DNA of 63,329 nt, the filler included, from Sphacelaria rigidula (Eukaryota), in assembly GCA_964200075.2 (NCBI GenBank). It is 8 parts of 8 records of this genome, joined end to end, with 100 filler letters (N's around TTAATTAATTAA, not from the genome) between each part and the next. Parts side by side here need not be neighbours in the genome. Positions count along the whole stretch, not along the records: positions 47,574 to 55,401 come from CAXNAA020013333.1; positions 55,502 to 63,329 come from CAXNAA020013334.1; 6 more parts are not named here. One strand, given 5' to 3'. The translations under genes were made by a program, and so were the position numbers. The notes below the pieces were generated by a model, which was given only the letters and a program-made list of their open reading frames with translations, made no database searches and was not told the DNA's origin. This document shows, piece after piece, positions 52,413 through 63,329 of the stretch; position 1 is the stretch's first letter, and each line of letters opens with the position of its first letter.

Positions 52413-54015
52413 AAGGGGTGGGATGTGTGTCTCAGTCAGCAACGGCATGAACGTGGTGTTCCACTTGCATCTCGTGGTTGAACCACTCTAATCGTCGGCC
52501 GAAGAGCTATAACACGCGAAAAATGGAGCTGAACGCATGGATTCGCGGTAAAACCGTTGATGAACGGCGAAAAAACACGACCGATTTAAAGCGTGCTAAT
52601 GCTCTAAAATGGTCTTGATTAATGGGGGAGAACGTGGCATGTGCCCTAAATGTGGTAAAACGTCGCCATACCCACGCGCTGGTCATGAGCGTTCGCACCG
52701 AAAGGGTGAATGTTGCAAAATGTGGTGCTCTATGTACCAACTGGCGAGAGGAAGACGTTGCCCAACTACCCCAGCGTTCTCCGTGGCTATCTGTCTGGAA
52801 CCCAAGAGCTGCACTTTTCAAGTGCAGTCCGGCGGAAACATGGGCTACATCGCAACGTAGCCTGTAGATGGGCACCATCCCATGTTTGGTGTTCGGCCAA
52901 GACAGCCCGTCGGGCTTCATGCGACTCGACATATTCAGAAGGTCCAGACGAGACGTGCGAAAATGCCCCCTACACCGTAGCGTGCACATCTTGCGTTGAA
53001 TCTCTACTCTTTGGGGGCAAATAGCCACGAGACCACTCAGGCAAAGCTAATGGAGAGGTCTAGTAACTCGTCCTTAGGGGCAGCAGAGGTATCTTTGAGC
53101 TGTGAAGCTCCCGAATGGCGACCTCGAGACATTCCTTCCCCTTTGCCAGCACTACTGCGGTAGTCCGTCCATGTCTGAATAAACTGATACCGTTATTTAC
53201 TCCAGAAGCGACATGACTACAAAGAAATAGAATATCGCACCGGAAAGTTGACCCCGGCACTTCTTCTCTGACGAGTAACCTCAGGTTAACCACACCAGGT
53301 CCAAGCAATCGCAACAGCTACCGCTACTGTCCGTGCACGTGAGGGTTAGTTGGCCGGAGGAGCATTCATACCCGGCTGAATTCTTCCGATAAGGTAGCGC
53401 CCGACCGAAACGGGGTTAGCGGTCGTCTCCTTCATGGAATCTTTCCATACCTGGCAGATGAGCACATGGTGGTCCATGATTTTGTCGCTGGAAGGTATTC
53501 CCCCGTTACCTACACGAGAACGAGCCGGCCTGCCCGGTACGCTCGCGCACCGTCTATCTCCTCGGCACACAGGTGCAGATGCCACTGCAGTCAGCATCGA
53601 GAACGGTACACCCATTGCTCCGCCGATGGCATACCAGAGTACGAAAAACTTCAGGTGAACATTACACAAGCTCGGCCAACTCAAGCTCTGCCTGATATCC
53701 GGGGGGTGCATCTCGTCCGGAGTGGATAACGGAGATACTTCGACCCTCGTTCAGGTCAAGCTCGCCGCCCTCATCCCGGAGGCAGACATTGCTCGTTACG
53801 GCAAGCAACGACACGGCACTCTCCGTTGCTGCACACAATGCATCTACGGAGTGGTTTACGATGATGACATTGGGAGAAACTGATCGCCCCCGATGCCTGC
53901 CGGGGTTGAACAAAACAAAGTATGCGCGGGAGATGGGGACGGGGGTAATATCGGAGATGAGCACATGTGGTACATTTTATGTCAAGGCTGAAGCACCGCC
54001 AGGTAGAAAGCGACT

Positions 54016-54084
54016 GGGGGGAGGGGTGAAGGAGGGGGAGGGGTGAAGGAGGGGGAGGGGTGAAGGAGGGGGAGGGGGGGGGGG
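54016..54084. repeat. G-rich 17-18-bp tandem repeat (gggggaggggtgaagga)
   Basis: Three to four copies; G-quadruplex-capable. Confidence 0.85.
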
Positions 54085-55127
54085 CATAATGTGAGTTCGG
54101 GGAAAACGTTGAGGTGAGAGAGGAAATGAACATGTCGAGGCCGGCGGGAGGGATGGGGAGTTGGGGGCCTTTTTGCCTGATTTCGAGCCCCCCCCCCCAA
54201 AGCCATTCCCATTGAAGTGTCCGTTCTCATTTATCAGGATTCCCTGTTCTATGTTTCAAGTATTGAGGACGAAATTCCGCCCATATCCGGGCATTTTGAC
54301 GTCGCGATAAGTTACGTTCAGGCAAGAACGAACGTGTAGATTTTTCATGAGTACGTATCAGTTGGATTCTGCTGAATCAAGGCGGTTATGTGCGGATTAA
54401 ACATGCTTGCTGATCTCAGTCGAACCATGCCTTGATGGTTTCGAGTACTGTTACCGGCCTACTCTACTACTATGGAGGAACCACACATAACGCATACTCA
54501 AATCAAGTAATTATATCCTCCAAGATCTGAAGTTCCGGCAACACCGTGTCAACGCGGTGCTCGGTGTCCTGAAGTCAGATACTGGGCGTGCTTTCGAAGA
54601 AAATGAAGCAAAATAACCTGCTGGGTTCCGGTCGCTTCCGGCTGGGTCTCCTGCCCTTTGGTGATGGGATTGGTTCGACACCAGCCGAAAAAACAGAAAC
54701 GAATGCTGAAGTCGACACGATGCAGTTAAACTCCAGCAGGCCGCCGAAGGCTGCAAACGGAAATCATCGCAGATACTCGCACATAGTGTAGCGTTGATAT
54801 GAAGCCCGTGCCATACGGGCATCCTTGATCCGATGTAAGGATATTTCATCAAAAAGCAACAGACAATACCCGATACCTACTATAGTATCTACGTTATAGT
54901 ATGCCAACAAGAACCGGTATCGCAGTGATAATATCATGTTATCTTTACCTCCGACAGTCACAGAGGATTGTACGCACTGGCAAAATTCTGCAGCGCCTAC
55001 AAAGAGCAATCGGGCTTCTCTGGTCGACAAGTACAGTATACCATCAGGCGGCACGCGAAAAATGATACGACAGAGTTGATGGCGAACACAAAGAACGGGA
55101 CTCGCAACAAAGCTGCACTAGCTGTGT

Positions 55128-55401
55128 CGCGACTTGGATTTCTTGGGGCATTCCATTTCGCCAGCAGGCCTGCATCCGGATACAAACAAAGTCAAGGCGA
55201 TGACTGATTTGCCGATGCCAAGCAACATTTCTCAACTTCGCTCATTGTTGGGTGGGCTATCCTACTACCGCAAATTTTTGCCGAATTTATCGAAACGGAT
55301 TCGCCCCCTTACTGAGCTACTCAAGAAAGGAGCCGTGTTTTCTTTCACCACAGAAATGGAGACTATCACCCGCGAATTACTCAAGACGCTTACCGAAAAG
55401 C
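55128..55401 (+). mobile_element. Ty3/Gypsy pol fragment (RT C-terminus and RT-RNase H linker), runs off the contig
   Basis: DFLGHSISPAGLHPDTNKVKAMTDLPMPSNISQLRSLLGGLSYYRKFLPNLSKRIRPLTELLKK. Confidence 0.95.
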
Positions 55402-56444
55402 NNNNNNNNNNNNNNNNNNNNNNNNNNNNNNNNNNNNNNNNNNNNTTAATTAATTAANNNNNNNNNNNNNNNNNNNNNNNNNNNNNNNNNNNNNNNNNNN
55501 NTGGCCCCCCCGAATGACGTGCGTGAAGAATCCGAAGCGAAAACGGTCAAAATGGCGTGTTTGGCTGTTTTCGCGTGTCTGGCCATTTTTCGTACCTTTC
55601 TTGAGCAAAAAACGAGAACGTATACTTTTTCTAGGCCATTGCCCTTTTTAATTTCACCCACACGTGTGCACAACAGATTATTTTTCGACTTGAAACTCCA
55701 GGTACTCGTGTGTGTTCGTGAATTCGGAACATCGTCGACATAATGAGTGGCTGAATATCTGGGCCAAAGATATGGGGATAAGCGATCATGTTTCTCGCAG
55801 TTTGTATTTCCGGATTGTGTGCATAGAAAAGTAAGCTGAAATCTCCAAGAGCCATGGAGATGCAGGAATGGCTTGTGTTCACCGTCACTATTTCCGGAGC
55901 AGCCCTTCCGTTGGAAAGAAATTTCGATGTCATACTGCTTCGGCTTTCCCTCACCATAATTCGACATCCAGAGGAAACCCAAGATAGCTCATTTTCCGGG
56001 AAAGAATAACCTCATAATTTTACCCCCAATACTCAGGTTTCGAGTACGCACCTCAAATGTGCGCCTTCTCACCATTTTTCGTATTATAGGTTATGAAAAG
56101 TTGTCGGGAATATTTGACGCGGGGAAGATACGAAAATACGCGAAAGAACCTCCCCCAAGGTGTTGACGGACCATGATTTGAAATTGCATACAAGCGATGT
56201 GTAATGACCTATTTCTGGATAACTCTGTTTGAGATACCCTACACGAATGATGTAACTGATACGACCTCAAGGGTACGTCATCTGGTCATAGTCATCTTTG
56301 AAGTGAACTTGATGCTGATTCAACACGTGATCTCTGCTCGCGGTCAGAGGATTGAAACGCTTACGGTGGAATAGGTGGCACGATTCCCAGCAGAAACACT
56401 TGTATTTCCTTCGGCGTGAGTGAGTGAGTAAGTGCAACATCTGG

Positions 56445-56635
56445 TCTCCACACAATGTGAGGACGTGAAAAGTAAACAAAATGTACACTCGTCGACGCGG
56501 TGCGGGAGTGCTGATATACACGATCCAATTCGCAATTGCGCAACTTCAGCTGTGTGCAGAAGGAAAGATGGGTTGATCTAATTGAGACTACGGACTCGCC
56601 CCGAGGAAGAGAAGGGGTGGAGAGGGAGACAGGAA
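56445..56635 (+). mobile_element. SINE family 2 body fragment
   Basis: gacgcggtgcgggagtgctga...atgggttgatc...ttgagactacg matches 7790-7820 and rc 20830-20965. Confidence 0.6.
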
Positions 56636-56824
56636 AGGATGAGGGACCGAACCAGCTTGTGCATACTGAAGTCATGGATCGTCACGAACTTTTTCCACTA
56701 CAAATATATGAGCTTGACGTACTTCCTCCCGGTGGTTTCCCAAGTCGTACCTTATGCAACTCGCGGATTTGGTCACCTGCCGTAGTCAGAATCTGTGTCT
56801 GGTTTCGCCCTCCGTTTCATGCAG

Positions 56825-59800
56825 GAAATAGAAGTGCTAGGGCTTGCTGCAGCGACACTCGTCTCGAAATATCACAAGATTGCAACGATCGACGAGCTGC
56901 TCGACCGTCTGTTCTTCCTGGGGAAAGCAGCTATAGCGGTTCTTCTCTACTTTATCGGTGTCCGTCATTTCCTGTCTTACATCATTTTGGGCGCAGGTAC
57001 GTGTGCGGTACTGGTGCATTTCAGGACGTAAATGTGAAAGCTCAAAGCAAGGCATGTGCCGTCACAGCGCAATTACTTCTCTCGATGGCGGGTTTGTTCG
57101 TCATGAGACACGTGTCGAGTTCCGTTCAGCGTGTGTCGGCGTTTTTTTCACCTTCGGTACGTCTATCTTGTGACGATGGCTGGATCCCTTAGCGATCACT
57201 TAATTTGCGGCAATCAATGAATTATGACATCAACCTTTATCAGTGAATGAATACAAGAAACTTCAATAAATGGATACAAGAAATATGGTGAGGGGGCGAC
57301 GTAATGTCCCTTGAGACTACAAACTTGAGGTATGGAAGAAGGCAATGGGCTTGAAGTCATGGGATGAAACGGCCCTTATTAACCGATATCGACAGTCTGT
57401 GTGGAACGGCTACTTGTCGGCCAATGCCCATGGCTTCACGCGCAACACTTGAATAACGCGTAACCTAACCAGTACAATTCCCGCACTTCTGCAGCCGCGT
57501 GGCTGCTGGTGCCATCCCCTCGTTTTGATTTCCCGCCAGAAGTGGAGGTGCTTACCCCCGAAGAATTCCGGGCGACGGTCAGATCAGCGTCGACGCAAGC
57601 TCCGACCAAACGTGTTGCATGGATAGTCATGTTCCATGCTGACTGGTGCAGCGCCAGTACGAACCTCCAGCCTATGTTTGGTGCTCTTGCAAAAAGGTGC
57701 GTATTGGTCACATTCCCGAAGTTACGCCTGCTTTGAAATGACGGAGTTCAGTCATGAGATTCGGTATTTCAACTTTGAAGACGTACCGGCGCCTCAATTC
57801 GATTTAAAATGGATCAATCCATCATAGGAGGTGTGCGTTTTCAAATGCACAGCAGTGAACGACAGGGGGTAGATGAGGCTGCCACTTTGTCATCGGGAGG
57901 TGTACCGTCGGAGGCCGGGGCAACTCGTCAACGAGGCGTGCCGCCGGCGAAGGAAGAGATACAGTTTTTCTCGCATACGGCAACGCAGCGTAATGGTCGC
58001 CGAAAGTTTTTTTGGGTGATCACGGCCAGTTTCTCACCACCTCGCCGAAGGCGACTTGGCGCCCCCGAAACCTCCATATAGCTTACGGTGTGCCTTGGAG
58101 GTATAGCACAGAGACGCAATATTTGGGAGCACACGAGAATCCCTGAAGCTGTTTGCTGCAGTGCTATATTTCTAACAAAATAATCCACACCACTACCGGC
58201 CATATTATTGTTGTTTTGAGGGCATTATTGGCTCTAGTTTGATTTCTTCAGATCCAGATCCTTGTATCTGCTCAGGGCAGTGTTGCTCAACGGAAGCAGA
58301 AGACTTGTGATACTACGATAAGCGAGGATACACAAGAATCACGTGCATCAATTTGAGGCACCGACTACAGTAAACAATGTTTTCGTGAGATTGAGAGTGA
58401 AAAGCGGTCAGTTGGTGAATGAATCGTCCAAGTTCCGAAATGCCCCTCCACGAAGCCCCATATGATTTCTGTAGTAGCTTGCCACTGAGGCCCTTGATAT
58501 CCCTGAGTAGGATATCGATGTGTATCTGAAGCACACGCCAGTGATACAGGCAAAGAAAAGCACATGTGGAATGGAAAGTGGGCCAAGTTTAAGCGAATGA
58601 TGCAGGCCACTCTCACTCAGCGCTCTACTCTCCATCTCACGAAAATATTGTTAGTAGTGCATTTCTTCCTTTACCCGACTGTTGTGCTCAAGAGTCTGTT
58701 TCTTTTCCCGTTAAGCAAGGGAGGGGAGGCCGGCGAGGTATCCTAAATTGCACTTCACGACACCCCCTGATTCAGGTAACCCTGGGGGCTCAGTTTGGGA
58801 GACGAGAGCACTGAGATGCTTGACCTGTACAGTAAAATTCCTACTTCGCTGTGACGTAGACAAGCGGCACTCTATCTTTCATCGGATGACATTCGCTACG
58901 TCCGTGCAGTCAGAGTTGAGATGACAATAATGAATAGAAAACTCCTTGAACCCCCTGCCATTTCACATTTTGGCCAGATTTGGAGACAAGAACCGACGTT
59001 TTGCCGTCGTGGACGTTGTGGCCTACCCTGAGGTTGCGGAAGACCTCAACATTAATACGGGCGGCACCAGCAAGCAACTACCCACGCTAGCGCTTTTTAC
59101 AAAAGGGAGGTGAGCTTTCACGAGAGTTTTTCGCCTCGATGTTTTCCCGTCGTAATCTACCGTCACTAACAGTGTCCGTTGATGGTGCGTCTTGTACCCG
59201 TAGGGTTGGGGGGCGGTAGCACTGCCCGACTACCCGTGATCTTTCAAAATGTATATCGCATGTGTCCGTTGTCCAAAGCGCTCATGACCTGCAAGCTCTG
59301 CTTTGCTGAACATCATGAAATATAACCGCATTGAAGTTGACAGGCCCTGCCATCCATATATCATCATCGTCGGCGCCCCCTGTTACGCCCTTGCCCGCCT
59401 AAAGCAAGAAAAAGTTGCCCGGAATCACCGTAAGTGTCAATGTTATGTGCACATGCAGGGAGGTGTGTCGGTTGCCGACTTTCGCGTCGGATGGGCGAGT
59501 CGTGCGAGCAAGAATGGACCAGGTGAGGCCTCGCCTTCTTTTTATTATCGTATTTGAGTATACGGTATTCGCGTGCTGTAGAAGGACGTTTCACCTCAAC
59601 CCTCCCGTTACATTGATTACGTGGAGAAGACTCAATTATTGAAACGAATATTTTAAAGAACAGAAACAAATGTTGTACCAACGAACCAGAGGTTGAAAAA
59701 GGACATCAATCATCGAAACATTCCCCTCATTGATACGTCGCTGTACATCCTGCCATGCGTTCGTTCGAAAGATATTCGTCCTATTAATGAGGTGAAGAAA

Positions 59801-60336
59801 GGGGTAGTGACCCGTCGCTATATAAAAAAAATGTGTCGGCATATCCTCCCTCTCGGAATTCCAACAACCAACTTTTCTGATGTAAAAATGGTCCCCCGAT
59901 TCCACAAACATCGCAAACTCTCCTGTCCCTGTTCGACATTGTTTTTGTCTCTTTCGACCTTACCATGTATCCGGCGTTATTTATTTTCTTATTTTTCCTC
60001 GTTATTCCGAGCCGTACCGATCTTTTTGCATTTTTTCCCTGGAGGGTTTCAAAAACCTCATCGTGCAAGACGCCGTGTTTTTGATCTGGGGTATTTCTTC
60101 TTCGGCGTGTTGCCTTTCGGTGACACGGCTTTCGTGACCACCGGCGCCAGATTTTAGCAAAAAACACTGACGAGAGACGCGACAGGATATGCAAAACTTG
60201 AACGCGATGTGCACTGCTCTATTTCTCGTGACCATTTATTTTGCCACAGAGCGGCGTGACCAAGTACTTCGAACTTGACACGGAGTTCAAATTGGCAAGT
60301 TATGGGCGGAAGTCGAAGAGCCGGGTCAACACGTGA
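56825..60336 (+). CDS. TMX2: Thioredoxin-related transmembrane protein 2-like; exons 56825-56996, 57495-57696, 58978-59109, 59459-59522, 60250-60336; first exon(s) not identified
   Basis: GT-AG introns with consistent phases 1,2,2,0. EIEVLGL...TIDELLDRLFFLGKAA, VAWIVMFHADWCSAS...PMFGAL, FAVVDV..YPEVA, TSKQLPTLALF..GREVCRLP are colinear with TMX2. Confidence 0.92.
58373..58652. mobile_element. 280-bp MITE, family copy 3, inside a TMX2 intron
   Basis: TIR AACAAT(G/A)TTTTCGTGAGAT(T/G)GAGAGT; AGTA duplicated at 58369-58372 and 58653-58656. Confidence 0.8.
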
Positions 60337-60499
60337 CGATGCGTCCTCCACCGCACGCGTTGTGGGGGCGTCCGGTACCCCTGTCGTGGCATCTCCGGCG
60401 AAGAAGTTTCAGTAAAGAGTCGTGGATGTCTAGTTGCGACGCACATTGCACGTTTCAGTCGTGGACGTGCGTGGTAGCAAGCATACTCCAGCTGCTGAG

Positions 60500-62921
60500 C
60501 TATAGGTAGAGGGATGCAGCGAACACGATGCCCCTCCGAACCTTGTTTGCTGATTGTTCAAACTTGTTCTTGAGTTCCATGTTTCCGATGGATCCGGAGG
60601 CCTGTAGAGAGAATGTTTTAACACGAGCGTAGCAAGAAGGGTTAGACACTGCTGAGGAAGGACAGTATTGCACGGAGTAACGTGTGCAAAGTACGCCGAC
60701 GGATCCCGTGAGAACGGGTACAATGAGAGCCCACAGCAAGCAAGCACCAATGGAGTGTTTCGACATACGGTAGTCAGCGTCAGAAGTATGTAGAAACCGC
60801 AATTTCTTAGTTTTCCAAAGGTTTTACAAATTTGTTTTACTTGCCACAACTCATCACAGTGACTGTTGCATGCCCAAAGAAGAGTATCTGGATATATTTT
60901 CAACCTGTAGACAAATATTGCACGGTCAGGACAAATCATCACGACTCAATATCACCACTTTCACGATTTCTTCGGCCTGATTGTCCAAGAGGGAGAAAAA
61001 ATGTGATCGCTGGTCCAAAAGAGTATTCACGCAACTTTTTGCGCCATTCCACGTATATGGGCTGTGTGTACCTGGGTTGCACCGCTGAAATAAGGCCTAG
61101 GGATTAATTCGTCACGAGTCGATTCATTATACTAAAACGAAGTAATTTTCAGACGACTCATTATTTGTCCGGCCCTTGAAATATTGTAACAAAAAATATC
61201 TGCGATCAATATTGAGCGACGTACGGGCTTGACCGATCGTCGGGAGTCCTGGGAAAGTGCAACCGCAGGTTCTGGCTTTCCGGTGTTTTCGGTGGACCGA
61301 CTCGATCCCGATCATATAAGGGAAGACTAAAAAATGATTGCTTTTTTGAAATTCCACCTTTTCACTGCGCTAAAGCCGGTAAAGTATGTTTCTTGGACCA
61401 TTTACGGTCAGTAACACCCTCCTGATAAACGGTGTCTTTACTCTGTATCGCCCCCACAACACTAACTTGGGCATTATGATTTGAGCACGGTCTGCTTATT
61501 TTGCCGAAACTATCGACGCAAGAACTTTCGAATGCTCATGGAAAATGTTATGCGAAAGAAAAAAAACGAGACCATCCGCAGAAACGGCTTGACTGGGTGG
61601 GGCCTGTGCTGTATAGGAGGGAAACACGCTCTTGATCGTCACTCATCTGAATACTTACATTTAGTTGCGGAAGAGCCGGAGAACTGTTCTTCTTGGGTCA
61701 AAAACGGTCAATATCACCCTCCTGACTATCGGGGTACCTGGTCCGTATCGCCCCAAAAACACCAACTTGGGCACTGCAGTTTGAGCGCGGCCTACGCCTT
61801 CCCCCCAAATCTACGGGCGCTAGCATCTTTAAGTAGTAAGGGCCTTCATCATCGACAAATAGACGAAATGGGAGGTCTGAAATTTCGGCTTTCGCCTAGG
61901 GCTCGTTATTATCTACATCTACTGTTGATGTTAGATGTCTCATTATAAATGGTGCTGATCTCGTCGTTTGCTTGTCTTCGCCGGCAAAAAAAAGGACAGG
62001 GTTATGCTACCTGCCCGTGTATGGCGTTCATAACTGTGGTGAACATATTTCCCACAACCTCTCTGTGACACGGGGGGGCAGTCGGACAGGCTAGGGCGTG
62101 ATCGATCGGCTCTCTCGGGAGGCTGCAGCAGCACACATGAGTAAAAATACCGACGGTAGAAAGCCCCGTGCATAGATTGCAGCATGCTTGCTCCTGCTTT
62201 CTGTGAGTTGTGGAGATACACCCAATCAAACCACCAGCTCAACACTTTTCAGACGGTGCGGTAGCGTACCCTCGTAGCAGCACTGCAGGCAAGTAGGTAG
62301 TTACTGGATTGTTTCTGCTCTTCGCTTCGAAAGTGCAAACGTCTGCAAACGACGACCACCGTGCTTGGCCCCAACAGCTCCAACACCGCTGCCGGGGCAC
62401 ACATCGTCGAAGGAGATAGATACCGCCAACCCGCGGTGCTTTTTACTCCAGGACATAGCCCAGGGTGTCACCAGCAAGGTTCCTGATGATTCTCGCATGC
62501 TTGCGAGCGCCGCGGCGTGCGCCAAGGGCAGCTCTGCTGAGTATTGTGCTGGGGTCCGAAATACTAGGCATTCGCCAAACGTGAAGGCTTGGCGAAAAAC
62601 TCTCGCTGCTTCATTTTGGGAGAACGTTGAAAACAAGGTGCGAAAACGCCTAAAATCTTGCCGATTTCCCAAAAACTACGTCGATAATAACGATCCTTAT
62701 GGAGAATAATCTCGAGAAAAACTTGAGAACTAAAACAAGTACGAATTCTGAAAACTCAACTTCTGATGCTGACTACTATAAAAAGTTTCTGCGTGGGCAA
62801 GCAAGACGGAACGGAATGAAAGAGACACGGTTCCCACCTGCGAGAGCTGTCGCAGTAACTCCTCTAGACGTCGAAAAACTCGAATGACCGACCCTTCGAA
62901 CTCGTCCGTCAGCTCAATCAC
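60500..62921 (-). CDS. MTR4: MTR4/Ski2-family RNA helicase, last two coding exons (62838-62921, 60500-60601; DSHCT domain)
   Basis: VIELTDEFEGSVIRVFRRLEELLRQLSQ|ASGSIGNMELKNKFEQSANKVRRGIVFAASLYL*; phase-0 GT-AG intron; hallmark FEGS.IR..RRLEELLRQ and IVFAASLYL. Confidence 0.93.
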
Positions 62922-63329
62922 CTGTATTTGATGTGTGAAGGGAGGGCACATGGATTCTGTCAGGCTCGCGACGTGCTTCCACTGTCCTCCAAGCCTGGTC
63001 GGTTATGGGCGGTGGTTTGTTCGGGTGCAACAGTGTAGACGATGGACCTCTAGTTAGGGTTTACAGAAATATTAAACACTTACTAAGCTGATGAAAAAGA
63101 AAGAACCTCGTTTTCGATACTAAAATCAGGTCAGAATATACCCTACAGGCTGGGCCAGCAAAGAGTGCCGCATTTACATCTCCGAACATAACTCGAGTTC
63201 ACCGAATCAGCCCGACTTGAGCATATCGCTGTGAACTGCAGACCAACTTGGTAATGCACGGCACTGCCGCTGGTCGATTGGCGAAGCTTTGCCGATGATG
63301 TCATTGTACTGCATTGAGTACCAGGAACG

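Noticed and set aside
56536..57192. 218-aa ORF as a gene or as TMX2 exon 1
   Set aside because: Its start is SINE-derived and it overlaps the real TMX2 exon in a different frame.

Overview
This is not a contiguous locus. It is eight unrelated, size-sorted contigs (7828-7829 bp each) joined by 100-bp artificial linkers (44N-TTAATTAATTAA-44N). The DNA is eukaryotic, intron-rich and repeat-dominated; gene structure and element types suggest a stramenopile, probably a brown alga (inference). Three host genes can be reconstructed exon by exon with consistent splice phases: the 5' part of a membralin/TMEM259 homologue (contig 4), most of a TMX2-like transmembrane thioredoxin (contig 8), and the last two exons of an MTR4/Ski2-family helicase converging on it. 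The rest is mostly transposon debris: LINE, Ty3/Gypsy, Ty1/Copia and MULE-like fragments, two tRNA-derived SINE families and many non-autonomous TIR elements. Several of these are nested, and some have their empty site visible elsewhere in the window. The most interesting observations are (i) a TMX2 whose active site reads WCSAS (CxxS) rather than SxxC, (ii) a LINE family, and a ~100-bp dependent retroposon, that end in and sit within C-rich tracts instead of poly-A, and (iii) nested CAC...TGGACAA-terminated elements carrying palindrome-spacer arrays. I found no CRISPR array, prokaryotic operon or other multi-gene system that I can support.
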